64,000 nt of DNA from the NCBI GenBank assembly GCA_965228735.1, contig OZ245838.1, positions 3,456,001 through 3,520,000 of the forward strand, read 5' to 3'. Numbering within the stretch: the stretch's first letter is position 1; every line of letters starts with the position of its first letter. The position numbers and the translations under genes are program-made. This DNA comes from Planctomycetota bacterium. Its GTDB lineage: Bacteria > Planctomycetota > UBA1135 > UBA2386. Shown here in pieces: positions 51,874-62,013 of this stretch. Below the pieces are notes generated by a model. It searched no databases, was not told the origin of the DNA, and saw only the letters and a list, made by a program, of their open reading frames with translations.

Positions 51874-53796
51874 TCATTCGGCGAGATACACCGGCCGGTC
51901 ATCGCGCCGGGCGTAGAGCTTCGCGAACGCCGGCAGCAGACTGCCGTCCTCGGCGACCAGAACGGCCGGCACGGCGCCCCCGCCATAGCCGCGGCTCCAT
52001 GCCGCGTGCACCCGCTCGCCGATCCGCCGCGCATCGGCCTGCGGCGCGAGGAAGTCGTAGCCCTCGAGTTCGCCTTCGGCGCCGAGCGTGCGCAACGAGC
52101 GCGCGGCGTTGAAGCGCACGACGTAGTAGGGATCGTCGAGCAACCGCGCGAGGTACGGCGCGAGCCAGTTGCTGCCGGACGCCCGCTGCGCGGGTTCCCA
52201 GCCAGCGCTCCACGCCGCGAGTACGCGCTGGCCGGCGTCACCCGTCAGCAGCCAACGTGCGCCGGCCGCGACCTCGCGCTGCTCCTCGTCGAGCTCGGGA
52301 GCCGCGACTCCCCACCGTTCCTGCAGGTGCCGCGCCGTCCAACCGAGCGGCTTGTCGAGGTGACACTGGTTGCACGCGTTGGGCCGCCCCGTGCGCAACT
52401 CGACAGCGACGTCGGGCGACGTGATCTCGTGGCTGCGTTCGGCCTTCATGAGCCCGAACGACGTGTGGCTCATGTGGCAGTTGTAGCAGTTGCTGCCCGT
52501 CGATCCGGCCTCGTGGTGCGTGTGTGCCGTCAGCGCGCCATCTTCCGCGAGCTCGCCGTGACACTGGGTGCACGCCGCGTTGCCGCGCATTCCCGGCTTC
52601 AGCTGGTCGTCACGCCACGCCGCCAGGTCGCCCTCGTCGGGGTGCAGTTCGTGACACGACGTGCAGTCGATCTGGCGTTCGGCGTCACCGTGGGTGTAGC
52701 ACGGCGAACTCACCATGCCGTTGTACTCGCGCCCCGACACCCGCACCTGACCGTCGGGCCAGAACGAGCTCTCGAAGAAGTGCGGGTTGTTCTGCAGCGT
52801 CCGCCGCAGTTCGGGCGCATCGCGCGTGGCCGCGGTGATGACGAGATTCGTCTGCCGCAGCTCCTCGCCGGGCCGGTAGCGCAACCCGTCCTCGCGCCAC
52901 GAGTCGAAGAACTCGTGCCGCAGGATGTTCACGGAGTGACACTGCCCGCAGACCTGCGCCGACCGCGCGCGGTTGAGCCGATCCGGATTGACGATCGTGT
53001 CGTCGCCGCCGTCCGTCAGCCACTGCGAGTAGCGTCTCGCGGGGTTCTTGTTGGCGGCGACGTGGTCCAGGCCAGGGCCGTGGCACGCCTCGCACGCGAT
53101 GCCGAGCTCGCTGACGTGCGTATCGCTGCGGTCGAGGTCGACGCGCGGCCGCACGTGCGTCGCGTGGCACATGTGACAGTTGCGATTCCACGCGCCCGGC
53201 TCGGGCGGATCGCGGAACTCCGGCGGCAACACGAACACGGCCGTGAGCGGCAGCCAAATGCGTTCTTCGAGCTTGTAGCACAGCGGCACGGGCGCGAGCT
53301 CGCGCTGGTTGCCCGTCGAGTACCAGAACACGTGGAAGTGATGGCTCCCCGTGAGCTGCTCGACCGGCCGCACGATGTGCCGCGGATCCCGACCCTTGCG
53401 ATGGAAGTCGACCCACAACCGGTCGCCCCGCCATTCGAAGACGACGGGCTCGCCGAACCAGTCGAGCTCGAGCCGATCGAACTCGACCTGGATCGCGGCG
53501 CGCGTCGCGACCTGCGTCATCGTGCGATGGAACGACCCGTGCCAGGTCGCGTGCTCGTGCGGATGGCACGATCGACAGTGCGCCGAGCCGACGTAGCCGT
53601 CGGCCGGCTCGATGAGCGGCCGCGCCCGCGTCGGCACGTCTCGGCGCGGCTCGTCGGTGAAGCTCAGGATCCCGACACTGATCACCATGCCCGTCGCGAG
53701 GACCGCGACGACGACCGCTCCGAGCGTGCGCGCCGCGCGCCACAGCGGCACGATCGCGAGCAGGCCGAGACAGATCGTGAGCAGGGCGGCGATCAC
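51874..53796 (-). CDS. Membrane-anchored octaheme c-type cytochrome (c554/c3-like) with a C-terminal HEAT-like segment
   Basis: Eight CxxCH motifs: CRSCH, CHMCH, CEACH, CGQCH, CTSCH, CTQCH, CYNCH, CNQCH; two N-terminal TM helices. Confidence 0.92.
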   Translation of the reverse strand: MIAALLTICLGLLAIVPLWRAARTLGAVVVAVLATGMVISVGILSFTDEPRRDVPTRARPLIEPADGYVGSAHCRSCHPHEHATWHGSFHRTMTQVATRAAIQVEFDRLELDWFGEPVVFEWRGDRLWVDFHRKGRDPRHIVRPVEQLTGSHHFHVFWYSTGNQRELAPVPLCYKLEERIWLPLTAVFVLPPEFRDPPEPGAWNRNCHMCHATHVRPRVDLDRSDTHVSELGIACEACHGPGLDHVAANKNPARRYSQWLTDGGDDTIVNPDRLNRARSAQVCGQCHSVNILRHEFFDSWREDGLRYRPGEELRQTNLVITAATRDAPELRRTLQNNPHFFESSFWPDGQVRVSGREYNGMVSSPCYTHGDAERQIDCTSCHELHPDEGDLAAWRDDQLKPGMRGNAACTQCHGELAEDGALTAHTHHEAGSTGSNCYNCHMSHTSFGLMKAERSHEITSPDVAVELRTGRPNACNQCHLDKPLGWTARHLQERWGVAAPELDEEQREVAAGARWLLTGDAGQRVLAAWSAGWEPAQRASGSNWLAPYLARLLDDPYYVVRFNAARSLRTLGAEGELEGYDFLAPQADARRIGERVHAAWSRGYGGGAVPAVLVAEDGSLLPAFAKLYARRDDRPVYLAE

Positions 53797-53845
53797 GGCA
53801 TCAACCTAGTCGAGACCCCGGCCGAGGCCGAACCGTTCAGCCAGA

Positions 53846-54616
53846 TCACTCCGCCGCCGACTCGCTCGACTCGGCGCGCTCCGCCTCGGCCGCTTCGGCA
53901 TCACGTTCGTCGCGAATACGTTGCCGCTCGGCAGCCATGAGCTCCGTCGTGTGCCGCTGAACGAGACCGAACGCCGTGCCGATGCCGAGCAGGGCGAACA
54001 GGATGTCGAACGGATGGAAGTCGTCGGTGAGGTAGTCGGTGAACGAGTACTCCGACTTGATCAGCTGCGCTTCCTCGGCGCGCAGATCCTCCAGCGACGG
54101 TTGCTTGGCAGCGAATTCTGCCAACCGCGGCCCCTGTTCGGCGAAGTACGCCTCGAGCTGATCCGGCGGCACCTCGTAGCCGTGATTCGTGGCGAACTCC
54201 GCGATCTGCTCTGCGGTCGGCGCATCGCCGAGCGCGACCCAGCCCTTCGCGTCGCGCTGCAGCTCGTCGTAGTGGTCCTGGGAGATGTTCTCTTCGACGT
54301 AGTCCGAGATCGAAACCTGGTACGAGATGTTCTTGCCCGTGGCGATCGAGAGCAGGGCGAGGATGCCGGCACTTGCGGCGAGCATCGTGCCGTGCCCGCC
54401 CGCCTTGACGACGGCGAAGCCGACCAGCGCTCCGATACCCCAGGCGATCCAGCCGCTCTCGAAGTTGATCGCGATGACGACCGCGGCCCACACGCCGGCG
54501 CCGACGAACGCGGCGACGGCGCCGGCAATCAGCGCCCGCCCGAGCGGCGGCGCCGGCAGCAGGTCTTCGGTCCGGACATGGCGGCTGGCGCGCCCACGAG
54601 TGTCTCCTTCGGTCAT
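53846..54616 (-). CDS. Hypothetical membrane protein
   Basis: GA.VWA...ESGWIAWGIGALVG TM cluster; C-terminal DILFALLG helix. Confidence 0.75.
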   Translation of the reverse strand: MTEGDTRGRASRHVRTEDLLPAPPLGRALIAGAVAAFVGAGVWAAVVIAINFESGWIAWGIGALVGFAVVKAGGHGTMLAASAGILALLSIATGKNISYQVSISDYVEENISQDHYDELQRDAKGWVALGDAPTAEQIAEFATNHGYEVPPDQLEAYFAEQGPRLAEFAAKQPSLEDLRAEEAQLIKSEYSFTDYLTDDFHPFDILFALLGIGTAFGLVQRHTTELMAAERQRIRDERDAEAAEAERAESSESAAE

Positions 54617-54695
54617 CCGGGCACTCTACCTCGGGGACGGGGAGACGCGAACGCTCGATCCTCCACGACCCCTCAGGGCCGCCTCCGGGTGGGCG

Positions 54696-56873
54696 TCAGT
54701 GCCCGACGAGAACCTCGACCGCGTCCGAGTTGACCGCGCCGAGCGCGTTCTGGCCCGGGTCCGGCACGAACGCCTGCTGGTAGAACAAGAGGCCGACGAA
54801 GCTCGGGTCGTTCGGGATCGCGAGTTCGTACTCGGCCGCCGTTCCCGCGCCGACGATGACGAACGCGACATCGGCCCGCACGCGCGCGAAGCAGCCGGGC
54901 ATGCCGATGGCCGTGAGGTTGTTCGGCAGCGGGCCCGACGTCCCGTTCGTGTTGCTGAAGCCCGTGAGCAGGAATGCGAGGCCGAGCGGCAGGTCGACGA
55001 CCCGCACGCGCATCGTCGCACCGATCTGCGGCAGGTCGATCGGCAGGAGCCGCGCGGCCGGCAGCGACCCCGCGCAGCCCGCGCCGAACGGGCGATACCA
55101 GCTCGGCCCGCCGACGCGCGCGATCGTGTGTGAGAACCCGCAGACGACATCGGCATAGCCGCTTCCTGCGGGCAGCTGCGGCACGCTCGCCTCGCCGTAG
55201 GCGCCCGCCCCCCACGCGATCACCGCTCCGTCACTGCGCCGGGCCACCGTGTGGCGCGCGCCGGCCGAGACCGACACGTAGGTCAGACCCGAAGGCAGAG
55301 CCGGCACGTTGCACTGCCCGAACAGGTTCTGGCCGAAGCACAGCACGGCACCGTCCGAGCGCCGGATCGCGGAGTGCCCGATGCCCGCCGCGATCCCGAC
55401 GTAGGTCAGCCCGGCCGGCAGCGCCGGCACGTTGCACTGGCCCTCGAAGTTGCGACCCCAAGCCACGCATTCGCCGTCACTGCGCAGCGCGAGCGAGTGT
55501 TCGCCGCCCGCCGACATCTCGGTGTAGGTCACGCCCGCGGGCAGGGCCGGCACGGCGCACTGGTTGTAGCCGTTGAACCCCCAGCACCGGATCTCGCCAT
55601 CGGAGCGCCGGCCGAGCGTGTGCTCGCCGCCCGCCCGAACCTCGACCCACGTCGTGCCCGGCAGGAGCTGCGGCACGATCGTCACACCGGAGAAGTCGTA
55701 GCCCCACGCGACGATCGACCCGTCGGAACGCAACCCCGCAGCGTGCGCGTAGCCCGCCGACATCTGCGTATAGGTCAGCCCCGGCGGCAACGCCGGCACC
55801 GCCGCCTGGCCGTCGAAGTTGTCGCCGAACCCGACCGCCGAGCCGTCCGAGTACCGGACGAGGTTGTAGCCACCGCCGGCCGTGACCTCGACGACGCGTT
55901 CGCCGTTCGGCACCGGCGGCGCGTGCAGTGCGCCCCAATGGTTGTAGCCCCACACCCGGATCACGCCATCGCTGCGTAAGGCCGCGCTGTGGTACTGCCC
56001 CGCCCCGAGGGCGGTGTAGACGACCCCCGCGGGCAGCGCCGGAACTCCCGACACCTCACGGTAGTAGTCGTAGCCCCAGGCGACGACCAAGCCGTCCGAT
56101 CGCCGCGCGGTCGTGTGGAAGACGCCAGCCGCAACCTCGGCGTACGTGAGCCCCGGCGGCAACGGCAGGACGTCGAGCACCCGGAACGCGTTGTCGCCCC
56201 AGGCGAGCAGTTCGCCGTCCGATCGCACCGCGGCCGTATGGAACCGACCGGCGCTGACCTGCGTCCACGTCGTTCCGCTCGGCAATGCCGGCACGTTCAA
56301 CTGCAGCCACGTGTTGTCGCCGAACGCGATCACCTCGCCATCGCTGCGCAACAGCGCGGTGTGCGAGTCGCCGGCCGTGAGTTGCAACCAGCTCATCCCC
56401 GTCGGCAGCGCCGGCACGTTGCATTGCCCGTATGCGTTGCCGCCGAACGCGACGACCACACCGTCCGACCGCCGCAGCAGCGTGTGCGCGCGCCCGGCCG
56501 CGACCTCGACGTAGGTCACACCCGCGGGCAGTGCAGGCACGTTGCATTGTCCGGCATCGTTGCGCCCCCACGCGATGGCCGCGCCGTCCGACCGCAGCGC
56601 CGCGCAGTGCTCGTCGCCGACCGCGAGACCGACGTAATCGACGCCGCTCGGCAACGCCGGAACGTCACACTGCCGACGACCGTTCCAGCCCCACGCCGCG
56701 ATCGTGCCGTCCTGTCGCAGCGCGGCCATGTGCGCGATACCCGCGCCGAGCGCGACGTTGTCGCTGCGCTCGGCGAGGGTCGAGTCGATGACGAACTGCC
56801 CGAACGAGCGCAACGACTCCTGAGCCGCGAGACCGGTGGCGAGAGCACAGACGACGAGAACGCGGCGGAGCAT
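54696..56873 (-). CDS. Secreted RCC1-repeat beta-propeller protein with a Cys-pair C-terminal domain
   Basis: ATG 56873 with signal peptide; about 14 repeats of AG..H...RSDG....WG.N..GQC.VPALP. Confidence 0.92.
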   Translation of the reverse strand: MLRRVLVVCALATGLAAQESLRSFGQFVIDSTLAERSDNVALGAGIAHMAALRQDGTIAAWGWNGRRQCDVPALPSGVDYVGLAVGDEHCAALRSDGAAIAWGRNDAGQCNVPALPAGVTYVEVAAGRAHTLLRRSDGVVVAFGGNAYGQCNVPALPTGMSWLQLTAGDSHTALLRSDGEVIAFGDNTWLQLNVPALPSGTTWTQVSAGRFHTAAVRSDGELLAWGDNAFRVLDVLPLPPGLTYAEVAAGVFHTTARRSDGLVVAWGYDYYREVSGVPALPAGVVYTALGAGQYHSAALRSDGVIRVWGYNHWGALHAPPVPNGERVVEVTAGGGYNLVRYSDGSAVGFGDNFDGQAAVPALPPGLTYTQMSAGYAHAAGLRSDGSIVAWGYDFSGVTIVPQLLPGTTWVEVRAGGEHTLGRRSDGEIRCWGFNGYNQCAVPALPAGVTYTEMSAGGEHSLALRSDGECVAWGRNFEGQCNVPALPAGLTYVGIAAGIGHSAIRRSDGAVLCFGQNLFGQCNVPALPSGLTYVSVSAGARHTVARRSDGAVIAWGAGAYGEASVPQLPAGSGYADVVCGFSHTIARVGGPSWYRPFGAGCAGSLPAARLLPIDLPQIGATMRVRVVDLPLGLAFLLTGFSNTNGTSGPLPNNLTAIGMPGCFARVRADVAFVIVGAGTAAEYELAIPNDPSFVGLLFYQQAFVPDPGQNALGAVNSDAVEVLVGH

Positions 56874-56978
56874 CACCTGGAACGACAACACGACCCGGGT
56901 GGTCCTGCAAGCGCCCCCGCCGGCCGCGGCCCGGTTCGTGCCGCCGGCCAGCCGACGGCATGGCGCCGACAGCACGGG

Positions 56979-58625
56979 CTACTTGCCAGCGAGGACCCGC
57001 TCCGCGAGCAGCTCGCCGAGCGCGACCACACCGTCGGTCGTCAGCACGAGTTGCTGTTCGCGCCCCGGCAGGCCGAACGCCTTGACGTGGATCAGGTGCT
57101 CGTCGGCCGCGGCGATCGCTTCGATCGGTGCCACCGCGTCCACGGCGTTGACCCGGTCGTCGTCGGTCGGCTCCTGCTGGCTCACGAACCAGCGCAGGTC
57201 GGCGCGTTGGAGATCGCGCCGGCTGGCTTCGACGAGCGCCTGCATGCGCGTGGCGGACTCGCGGCGGCACGGCGTCCACGACATGTCGTTCTCGCCGAGG
57301 TGGTAGCAGATCCCGGCGAGTTCGACCTCGTGGCCGCGGGCTTCGAGCTCTGCGATCGATTCGCGCACGAACGCGAGGAACGCCGGGTACAGGTTGCGCG
57401 ACCTCGCGACGCTGCCCGCGGGCGTCCAGTCGATGATCTGACTGCCGCTGTGCGTGAACTTCGCGACCGCGATGTGCTCCGGCCGCTTGCCGGCGCGCCC
57501 CCGCAGCAGCCGCGCGACGAAACCGAGTTCCGGCCCGAACGTGTCGTAGCAGCCGGCGGGGCCGAGCGGCTCCCAACCGTCGGACTCGAGGTAGCCACCG
57601 CCGAGGCTGTAGCGATATGCCACCGCCGGCACGTCGCGCAGCAGCTTCTTGTTGCGGCCCCTCTCGAGGTCCTGCACGAACGCGCGCTCCCCTTCCATGT
57701 TGCGATGGCCGGCGAGCACGTAGAGCGTGACCTTGCCGTTCTTCGGATACGGCCACTTCGGCAACGGGCGCGACCTGGCTGGCAGCGCGTCGACGTTCTG
57801 CAGGTAGGCGTGGGCGTAGTTCACGCCGTGTTCGAGCTGCCCGAGCGTGCCGTAGTGGTAGTGCAGTCCGACGCCATCGCCGATCTCCACGCCGACATGC
57901 GACGTCGGAACGTACTGCGCCAGGGGATCGGCATCGGTGACCTCGCGCTGTCCGAGGCTGATCGCGTACATCCGCGGCCGCAGGTCCATTCCCCAGATCG
58001 TCTTCGTGCAGAGTTCGCCGATGTAGAACCGCAGCTTCGGCGCCTCGAGGTCACGGCGCCACGCCGCCAGGTAGCCGCGCAGGTTGCGCCCGTAGTTCTG
58101 CTGGTAGTCGGCGTTGAACATGTCGTTCTCGCCCTGGTGCCAGACGAACCCTTCGAGGCGATACCGGATCTTCTTGCGATCGAGCGCCGCGAGCGCATCG
58201 CGCACGGTCTGCAGCGCGAGCGGGTACATCTCGAAGCCGCTCGGCTCGACGGGATTCCAGTCACCGCCCAGGTGCGTGCCACCGGCCGCCACCTTGATGA
58301 TCGCGACATCGGCGTCGATGTGCCGCGTCACCTCACGCGCGAAGCTGAGCTCGGGTCCGACGATCCCGTTCACGGGCGCGAGCGGTTCCCAGCCGTCCGA
58401 GCGCGTCTTGTTCTCGCGCCCGATGCAGTACCAGAACCGCACCTTCTTCTGCGGTTGGTCGAGACCGGAGAACGGCGGGAATCGGTCGATGTCGGCGACC
58501 TTCGAGTCCGACCCGACCATGTTGGACTGGCCCGCGAAGACGAAGACGCGCACCGCGCGGTCGTCCTGCGCGCTCGAAGAGCCGGCCAGGATCAGGCAGA
58601 GAACGGCGAGGACGCAATTCGGCAT
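56979..58625 (-). CDS. Sialate O-acetylesterase (SASA/SGNH) family protein with two tandem domains
   Basis: AGQSNM, GPELSF, WHQGEND in domain 1; AGHRNM, GPELGF, YHLGEND in domain 2. Confidence 0.85.
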   Translation of the reverse strand: MPNCVLAVLCLILAGSSSAQDDRAVRVFVFAGQSNMVGSDSKVADIDRFPPFSGLDQPQKKVRFWYCIGRENKTRSDGWEPLAPVNGIVGPELSFAREVTRHIDADVAIIKVAAGGTHLGGDWNPVEPSGFEMYPLALQTVRDALAALDRKKIRYRLEGFVWHQGENDMFNADYQQNYGRNLRGYLAAWRRDLEAPKLRFYIGELCTKTIWGMDLRPRMYAISLGQREVTDADPLAQYVPTSHVGVEIGDGVGLHYHYGTLGQLEHGVNYAHAYLQNVDALPARSRPLPKWPYPKNGKVTLYVLAGHRNMEGERAFVQDLERGRNKKLLRDVPAVAYRYSLGGGYLESDGWEPLGPAGCYDTFGPELGFVARLLRGRAGKRPEHIAVAKFTHSGSQIIDWTPAGSVARSRNLYPAFLAFVRESIAELEARGHEVELAGICYHLGENDMSWTPCRRESATRMQALVEASRRDLQRADLRWFVSQQEPTDDDRVNAVDAVAPIEAIAAADEHLIHVKAFGLPGREQQLVLTTDGVVALGELLAERVLAGK

Positions 58626-58628
58626 GGT

Positions 58629-60917
58629 TCAGCGGACGGCCGCGGCACGGCGCAGTCGGAAGGCGTCGCCGAGCACGATCGTGCGCACGAGGTCACGGAT
58701 CGTGACCGGGCCGCGCTCCAGCATCATGGCTGCCGCGAGATCGAGGCGCAGCTCATCGACGGGCCGCGGCGCGCGCCCGACGCCGAACACGAACAGCTTC
58801 CTGAGGAGGGTGCGCACGAACGCCGGGTCCGCGCGCAGCACCGCCTTGAGGTCAGTGATCCCGTCGACGACGACGCCGCCCGGCAGCTCGCCCGAACAGT
58901 CGATGACGCCACCGGCATCCGACTCGCGAAAGCGGCCGATCGCGTCGAAGCGCTCGAGCGCGAGACCGAGCGCGTCCATGCGATCGTGACACACGGCGCA
59001 CTTGCTGTCCTCGCGATGCTGCGCGAGCTGCTCGCGGAAGGACTGGCTGCTGTCGATCGCCTCCTCGTTGCTGAGTGAGTCGTTGCCCGGCGGTGGCGGC
59101 GGCGGCGGCTCACCGACGATGTTCTCGAGGATCCACTTGCCGCGTTTGACCGGCGACGTGCGCGTCGGATTGGAGGTGACCGCGAGGATGCTGCCGTGTC
59201 CGAGCACGCCGCCGCGGCGCCGGTGCGAAGCCGGCAGGGGCACGCGAACGAACTCGTCCGCCGCCGCATCCGCGGGTCGTTCGATCCCGTAGAGCGCGGC
59301 GAGCCGCGCATCGAGGTGCGTGAAGTCGCAGTCCAGCAGCGTGCGCACGTCCAGGTCGTCGCGCATCACCGCGACGAACAGCAGCTCCGTCTCGCGCCGC
59401 AGCGACGCCCGCAGCGCGTCGTCGAAGACGGGGAAACGTTCCGGATCAGGGGTCGTGTCGCGCAGGTTGCGCAGCTCGAGCCACTGCGCCGCGAACTCCG
59501 TCGCGAGCGCATCGGCGCGCGGGTCGGCGAGCAGCCGATCGACTTCGGCAAGCAACACGGCCGGATCGGCGAACGCGCCGGTCGATCCGAGCTCGAGCAG
59601 CCGCGCATCCGGCGTACTCGACCACAGGAAGTACGACAGGCGCGAAGCGAGCGCGAGGCCCGGCACGGCGCCGCCACCGCCGGCCATCCCTTCGCCGCGG
59701 AACAGGAAGTTGGGCGACGTGAGCGCCGCCTGCAACACGCGCCGCGCAGTCGTGACTTCGACGGGCTCGGTCGTCGAGTCGGCGAGCGCCGCGCGGGCGA
59801 AGTCCACGTAGCGTTCGCGCTCCGCCGCCGTCACGGGCCGCCGCCACAACCGCGGCAACAGAGCGGCGACGAAAGACGTGAGGCGGTCGATCGGCGATTC
59901 ACCGCCGGCGAGCGCATCGTGCACCCACCGCTGCTCCGCCGGGATCGGTGCCGGATCGAGCGGCCCCACGACCTCCGCCCAATCGATGTAGAGGTTGCGG
60001 TCGCGCCGCGACTTGTCGGGGTTCTTCGGGTCGTAGTAGTCGTTCGTGAACGCGAGCCCGAGACGGTGCGAACCGGCGGCGAGCGGCAGCTCGATCTCGA
60101 CCTCGCGATAGCGCCGCGCAGGCACGCGCCAGCGCTCGATCACCTCGCGGTCCCACGTCACGCGCATCTCGGCGAGCTCGTCGCCCGCCCGCGAAGCCCC
60201 CGCCGACACGATGATGCGGTAGCGCCCCGCGCGCGGCAGTTCGACCTGCTGCGCGAGCTCGGCGCGGGTGTAGAGGTTGACGTAGTCCCCGTACATGGTC
60301 GCGCCGCGATCGCCAACGAGTGTCATCGCCTCGGCCTCGAACCGCCGCTTGGTCGGGTTGTCCGGATCCTCACCCGTGATGACGGCCGCGGCCACCTCGC
60401 CCGCCGCGGCGAGATACTTCTCGAGGTGCAGCGTCGAGAACGCCATCGCGTCGCCGACCGTGTCGAAGCCGTAGCCGAGGTCGTCGGCCGGAAACCCGCT
60501 CGTGTCGGCACCGACACCGAACAGGTCCATCACCGTGCGTTCCCACTGCGCCGAGTTGAGCCGCCGCACGGTCACGCGACCCGGCGACGGCGGCAGCTCG
60601 GGCACCTCGCGCCGCAACGTATCGTCGATCCACGCGACGAACGCGCCGCGTTCGGCCGCCGCGGGCTGCTCGGCGTCGCGCGGGGGCATCTCGTGCGAGC
60701 CACTGCGCGCCCGCAGCCGGCTCAGGCGGTGCAGTCGCGCCGCGGGATCACCGAGCGCGACGGACAGGTCGAGTTCGCCCTTCACGACATCGCCGCCGTG
60801 ACAGTCGAAGCAGTAGAACGCGACGAACTCCTGCTGCGCGCCGAACTCGGCCACGAGACGGTCCTGCGCCATCGAACCGGACGCGAGCAGCAGCGAGACG
60901 AGAGCGGCGCGGAGCAT
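58629..60917 (-). CDS. Planctomycete cytochrome c / DUF1587-1595-1592-1588-1585 protein with an inserted carbohydrate-binding-like module
   Basis: CFDCH...MPP, RRLN, GFD, SP.FLFR, LASRLSYFLWSS.PD, RTSPVKRGKWIL, CAVCH; insert FTNDYY...DRNLYID. Confidence 0.92.
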   Translation of the reverse strand: MLRAALVSLLLASGSMAQDRLVAEFGAQQEFVAFYCFDCHGGDVVKGELDLSVALGDPAARLHRLSRLRARSGSHEMPPRDAEQPAAAERGAFVAWIDDTLRREVPELPPSPGRVTVRRLNSAQWERTVMDLFGVGADTSGFPADDLGYGFDTVGDAMAFSTLHLEKYLAAAGEVAAAVITGEDPDNPTKRRFEAEAMTLVGDRGATMYGDYVNLYTRAELAQQVELPRAGRYRIIVSAGASRAGDELAEMRVTWDREVIERWRVPARRYREVEIELPLAAGSHRLGLAFTNDYYDPKNPDKSRRDRNLYIDWAEVVGPLDPAPIPAEQRWVHDALAGGESPIDRLTSFVAALLPRLWRRPVTAAERERYVDFARAALADSTTEPVEVTTARRVLQAALTSPNFLFRGEGMAGGGGAVPGLALASRLSYFLWSSTPDARLLELGSTGAFADPAVLLAEVDRLLADPRADALATEFAAQWLELRNLRDTTPDPERFPVFDDALRASLRRETELLFVAVMRDDLDVRTLLDCDFTHLDARLAALYGIERPADAAADEFVRVPLPASHRRRGGVLGHGSILAVTSNPTRTSPVKRGKWILENIVGEPPPPPPPGNDSLSNEEAIDSSQSFREQLAQHREDSKCAVCHDRMDALGLALERFDAIGRFRESDAGGVIDCSGELPGGVVVDGITDLKAVLRADPAFVRTLLRKLFVFGVGRAPRPVDELRLDLAAAMMLERGPVTIRDLVRTIVLGDAFRLRRAAAVR

Positions 60918-61026
60918 GGTGAGCCGCAGGGTAATGACCGAGGCATGACACAGCCAACCCGGTAGGACGTGTAGCGTTCGTAATGGCATCCGGCATGGCC
61001 TCACCCCGCCGGTGTCCTAAACTCCC

Positions 61027-62013
61027 ATGGTGCGGCGAACGAGTTCGATCCTGTTCGGGCTGATCCTCGGCCTGTCCCTCGCGTTCGTGGTCTGGTGGAC
61101 GATCTTCCAGGCCATGGCGAGCGGCGAGCTCGCCGCCGCGGCGGACGCGATCCTCGCGGGCGAGCCCGAGCGGGTGGCCGCGGCGTTCGGCGTGGCGGAT
61201 GTCGCCGCCGTGCACGACCTCGCCGAGTCGCGCTACTGGATGTTCCTCAGCGAAGGCGCCGTCTTCGTCGCCGTGCTCCTCGTGTCCGGCGTGCTGTTCG
61301 CCTCGTCGGTTCGCCGCGAGGCCGCGACGCGGCAGCAGCAGGACCGCTTCCTCGCCGGCGCGACGCACGAGCTCAAGACCCCGCTCGCGACGATCTCGCT
61401 GCTGCTCGAGTCGCTGCGCGACGACCGCCTCGCGCCGGAGAAGCGGGCCCACTACCTGCAGATGGGGCTGCTCGAGACCGACCGGCTCGAACGCGGCCTC
61501 ACCAACGTTCTCGTCGCCGCCGGGCTGCGCACGACGCGCGAGGCCGACCGCCGCATCGACGGCGACCTCGCGACGGACGTGCGCGCCGTGCTCGACCGCG
61601 TCGCCGCCCGCGCTGCCGCCGCCGAGATCGCGATCGAGAGCCACATCGACGGCGCGGTCGAAGCGCGCCGCGATCCCGAAGCGGTGCAGCTGATCGTGCA
61701 CAACCTGCTCGAGAACGCGATCAAGTACTCGCCGCGCGGTAGCACGGTCGAGATGGCGCTCGCCGTCGAACCGCAGAACGCGCGCATCACCGTGCGCGAC
61801 CGCGGCCGCGGCCTCGACGACCAGGAGCTGCGCCGCGCGTTCGAACCGTTCTGGCGCGGCAACGACATCGCGAGCGGCGGGTCGGGCCTCGGCCTGCATC
61901 TCGTACGCCAGCTCACGGAGGCCCACGGCGGCACCGTCGAAGCCAGGAGCGCCGGCCGCGATGCGGGCGCCGAGTTCGTCGTTCGCCTGCCGCGCAAGGA
62001 GATCAGCAAGTGA
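61027..62013 (+). CDS. Sensor histidine kinase
   Basis: Two TM helices; THELKTPL, NLLENAIKYS, DRGRG, GSGLGL. Confidence 0.95.
   Translation: MVRRTSSILFGLILGLSLAFVVWWTIFQAMASGELAAAADAILAGEPERVAAAFGVADVAAVHDLAESRYWMFLSEGAVFVAVLLVSGVLFASSVRREAATRQQQDRFLAGATHELKTPLATISLLLESLRDDRLAPEKRAHYLQMGLLETDRLERGLTNVLVAAGLRTTREADRRIDGDLATDVRAVLDRVAARAAAAEIAIESHIDGAVEARRDPEAVQLIVHNLLENAIKYSPRGSTVEMALAVEPQNARITVRDRGRGLDDQELRRAFEPFWRGNDIASGGSGLGLHLVRQLTEAHGGTVEARSAGRDAGAEFVVRLPRKEISK

Noticed and set aside
55130..56780. Regular ~126-bp nucleotide repeats suggesting an array or a DGR target
   Set aside because: They are the in-frame RCC1 coding repeats; there is no reverse transcriptase and no spacer structure.
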